From an uncultured Gemmatimonadaceae bacterium (GTDB taxonomy: Bacteria > Gemmatimonadota > Gemmatimonadetes > Gemmatimonadales > Gemmatimonadaceae), in assembly GCA_963829055.1 (NCBI GenBank), contig CAWHHI010000016.1, positions 1,024,001-1,088,000 on the forward strand: a stretch of DNA of 64,000 nt, read 5' to 3'. The position numbers were made by a program, and so were the translations under genes. The notes below the pieces were generated by a model. That model saw only the letters and a list, made by a program, of their open reading frames with translations. It made no database searches and was not told the origin of the DNA. Positions within the stretch are counted from its first letter, which is position 1; every line of letters starts with the position of its first letter. Below are positions 62,947-64,000 of this stretch, one piece after another.

Positions 62947-64000
62947 ATGCGTCGGTTCGCGGGAATGGGAACGCGGTCGATGATGCTCGTTGCCGTCCTG
63001 GCAGCGGCCGCGCCGTCCTTGGTCGAGGCGCAGTACTTCGGGCGCAACAAGGTGCAGTACCAGACGTTCGATTTTCGCGTCCAGAGTACCGAGCACTACG
63101 ACCTGCACTTCTACCCCGCGGAATCGCTGGCGACGGCAGACGCTGGACGGATGGCCGAACGATGGTATACGCGGCTGTCCGGGATCATGCGGCACCAGTT
63201 CAATCGGAAGCCGCTCGTGTTTTACGCCGACCACCCGGACTTCGAGCAGACGAACGTCATCGGTGGATTCATCGATCAGAGCACCGGCGGCGTCACGGAA
63301 TCCGGGCGTAGCCGCGTCATCATGCCGTTCACCGGCGTCTACGAGGAGAACGACCACGTGCTCGGCCACGAGATGGTGCACGTGTTCCAGTACGACATCG
63401 CCGAGAATCCCACGAGCGGCGGGTACCAGGGACTGAATCAGTTGCCGCTCTGGCTCATCGAAGGTATGGCCGAGTACCTGTCGGTCGGCCGGCAAGACCC
63501 GCACACCGCAATGTGGATGCGCGACGCGGCACTTCGAAACGATCTGCCGTCGATCAAGAAGCTCACGACCGACCCACGGTATTTCCCGTATCGCTACGGC
63601 CAGGCGCTGTGGGCGTACATCGGCGGCAAGTGGGGCGATCAGGGAGTGAGCGACGTGTATCGCGCGTCGCTCCGCGGCGGCTGGGACGCGGCACTGCGCC
63701 GCGTGATCGGCATCTCGAGCGACTCGCTGTCGAAGGAATGGCTGGCGTCCATCCGCGACACGTACATGCCGTTGATGGAAGGGCGGACGAAGCCGCAAGA
63801 CGTCGGTCAGCCGTTGCTCGGCAATCCGAATGAGCCCGGGGACATGAACGTCGCGCCGGCCGTGAGCCCGGACGGCAAGTGGGTCGCGTTCTTCGCACGC
63901 CGTGGCCTGTTCACCGTCGACCTGTTCGTCGCCGACGCGAACACGGGAAAAGTCGTCAAGAAGCTCACGGGGCCTAACGCGGACCCGCACTTCGACGCGC
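62947..64000 (+). CDS. Second peptidase/PD40 (Omp85-type) paralog, 5' part, runs off the window
   Basis: GGAG SD, signal peptide, 'QYFGRNKVQY', 'STGGVTE', HEMVH...EGMAEY, 'YFPYRYG', VSPDG; clearly homologous to 2275-5615. Confidence 0.85.
   Translation, partial: MRRFAGMGTRSMMLVAVLAAAAPSLVEAQYFGRNKVQYQTFDFRVQSTEHYDLHFYPAESLATADAGRMAERWYTRLSGIMRHQFNRKPLVFYADHPDFEQTNVIGGFIDQSTGGVTESGRSRVIMPFTGVYEENDHVLGHEMVHVFQYDIAENPTSGGYQGLNQLPLWLIEGMAEYLSVGRQDPHTAMWMRDAALRNDLPSIKKLTTDPRYFPYRYGQALWAYIGGKWGDQGVSDVYRASLRGGWDAALRRVIGISSDSLSKEWLASIRDTYMPLMEGRTKPQDVGQPLLGNPNEPGDMNVAPAVSPDGKWVAFFARRGLFTVDLFVADANTGKVVKKLTGPNADPHFDA

Noticed and set aside
157..63898. Numerous long antisense or alternate-frame ORFs in the track
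   Set aside because: Expected shadow ORFs in high-GC DNA: Arg/Ala/Ser-rich, no motifs, fully overlapping well-supported genes
109..63979. CGTTAGG as telomere-like (TTAGG) repeat or Chi/KOPS
   Set aside because: Copies are isolated rather than tandem, and 23 versus 21 orientations interleave along the window with no polarity
61780..63990. 736-aa minus-strand protein
   Set aside because: Its first ~400 aa are the antisense of the + strand peptidase/PD40 gene; only the TolB-like part is credible

Overview
64 kb of a high-GC (roughly two-thirds G+C by eye) bacterial chromosome. It is gene-dense core genome. Gene content and order suggest Gemmatimonadota/FCB group, which is an inference. Genes present: rpsR(3')-DUF2232-rplI, rsfS, two paralogous peptidase/PD40/Omp85 proteins, SPOR proteins, smc, aroF, lolA, ctpA, tmk, rpmE-prfA-prmC, a Crp regulator next to an MBL hydrolase, hydantoinase/oxoprolinase A/B, rimO, yajQ, a short RpoD-type sigma, lepB, an NtrC-type regulator, thpR, larE, an MFS-MarR fusion, comM, acyl-CoA ligase, ABC exporter, TonB receptor, SulP and others. 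I found no rRNA, tRNA, CRISPR array, transposase or phage gene. About 17 genes, including essential ones, carry small frameshifts, most likely long-read indel errors. The most striking unexplained signal is the non-palindromic heptamer CCTAACG/CGTTAGG. I counted 44 copies by hand (23 on +, 21 on -), about one per 1.5 kb, mostly inside genes where it often forces rare codons (TTA, CTA, AGG), in the manner of a DNA-uptake-sequence-like genome mark. Other non-coding signals: STRR-like heptamer repeats (one inside a CDS), a ~41-bp dispersed repeat, a 17-bp tandem array, leaderless TAnnTT promoters, and a structured leader before the TonB receptor.
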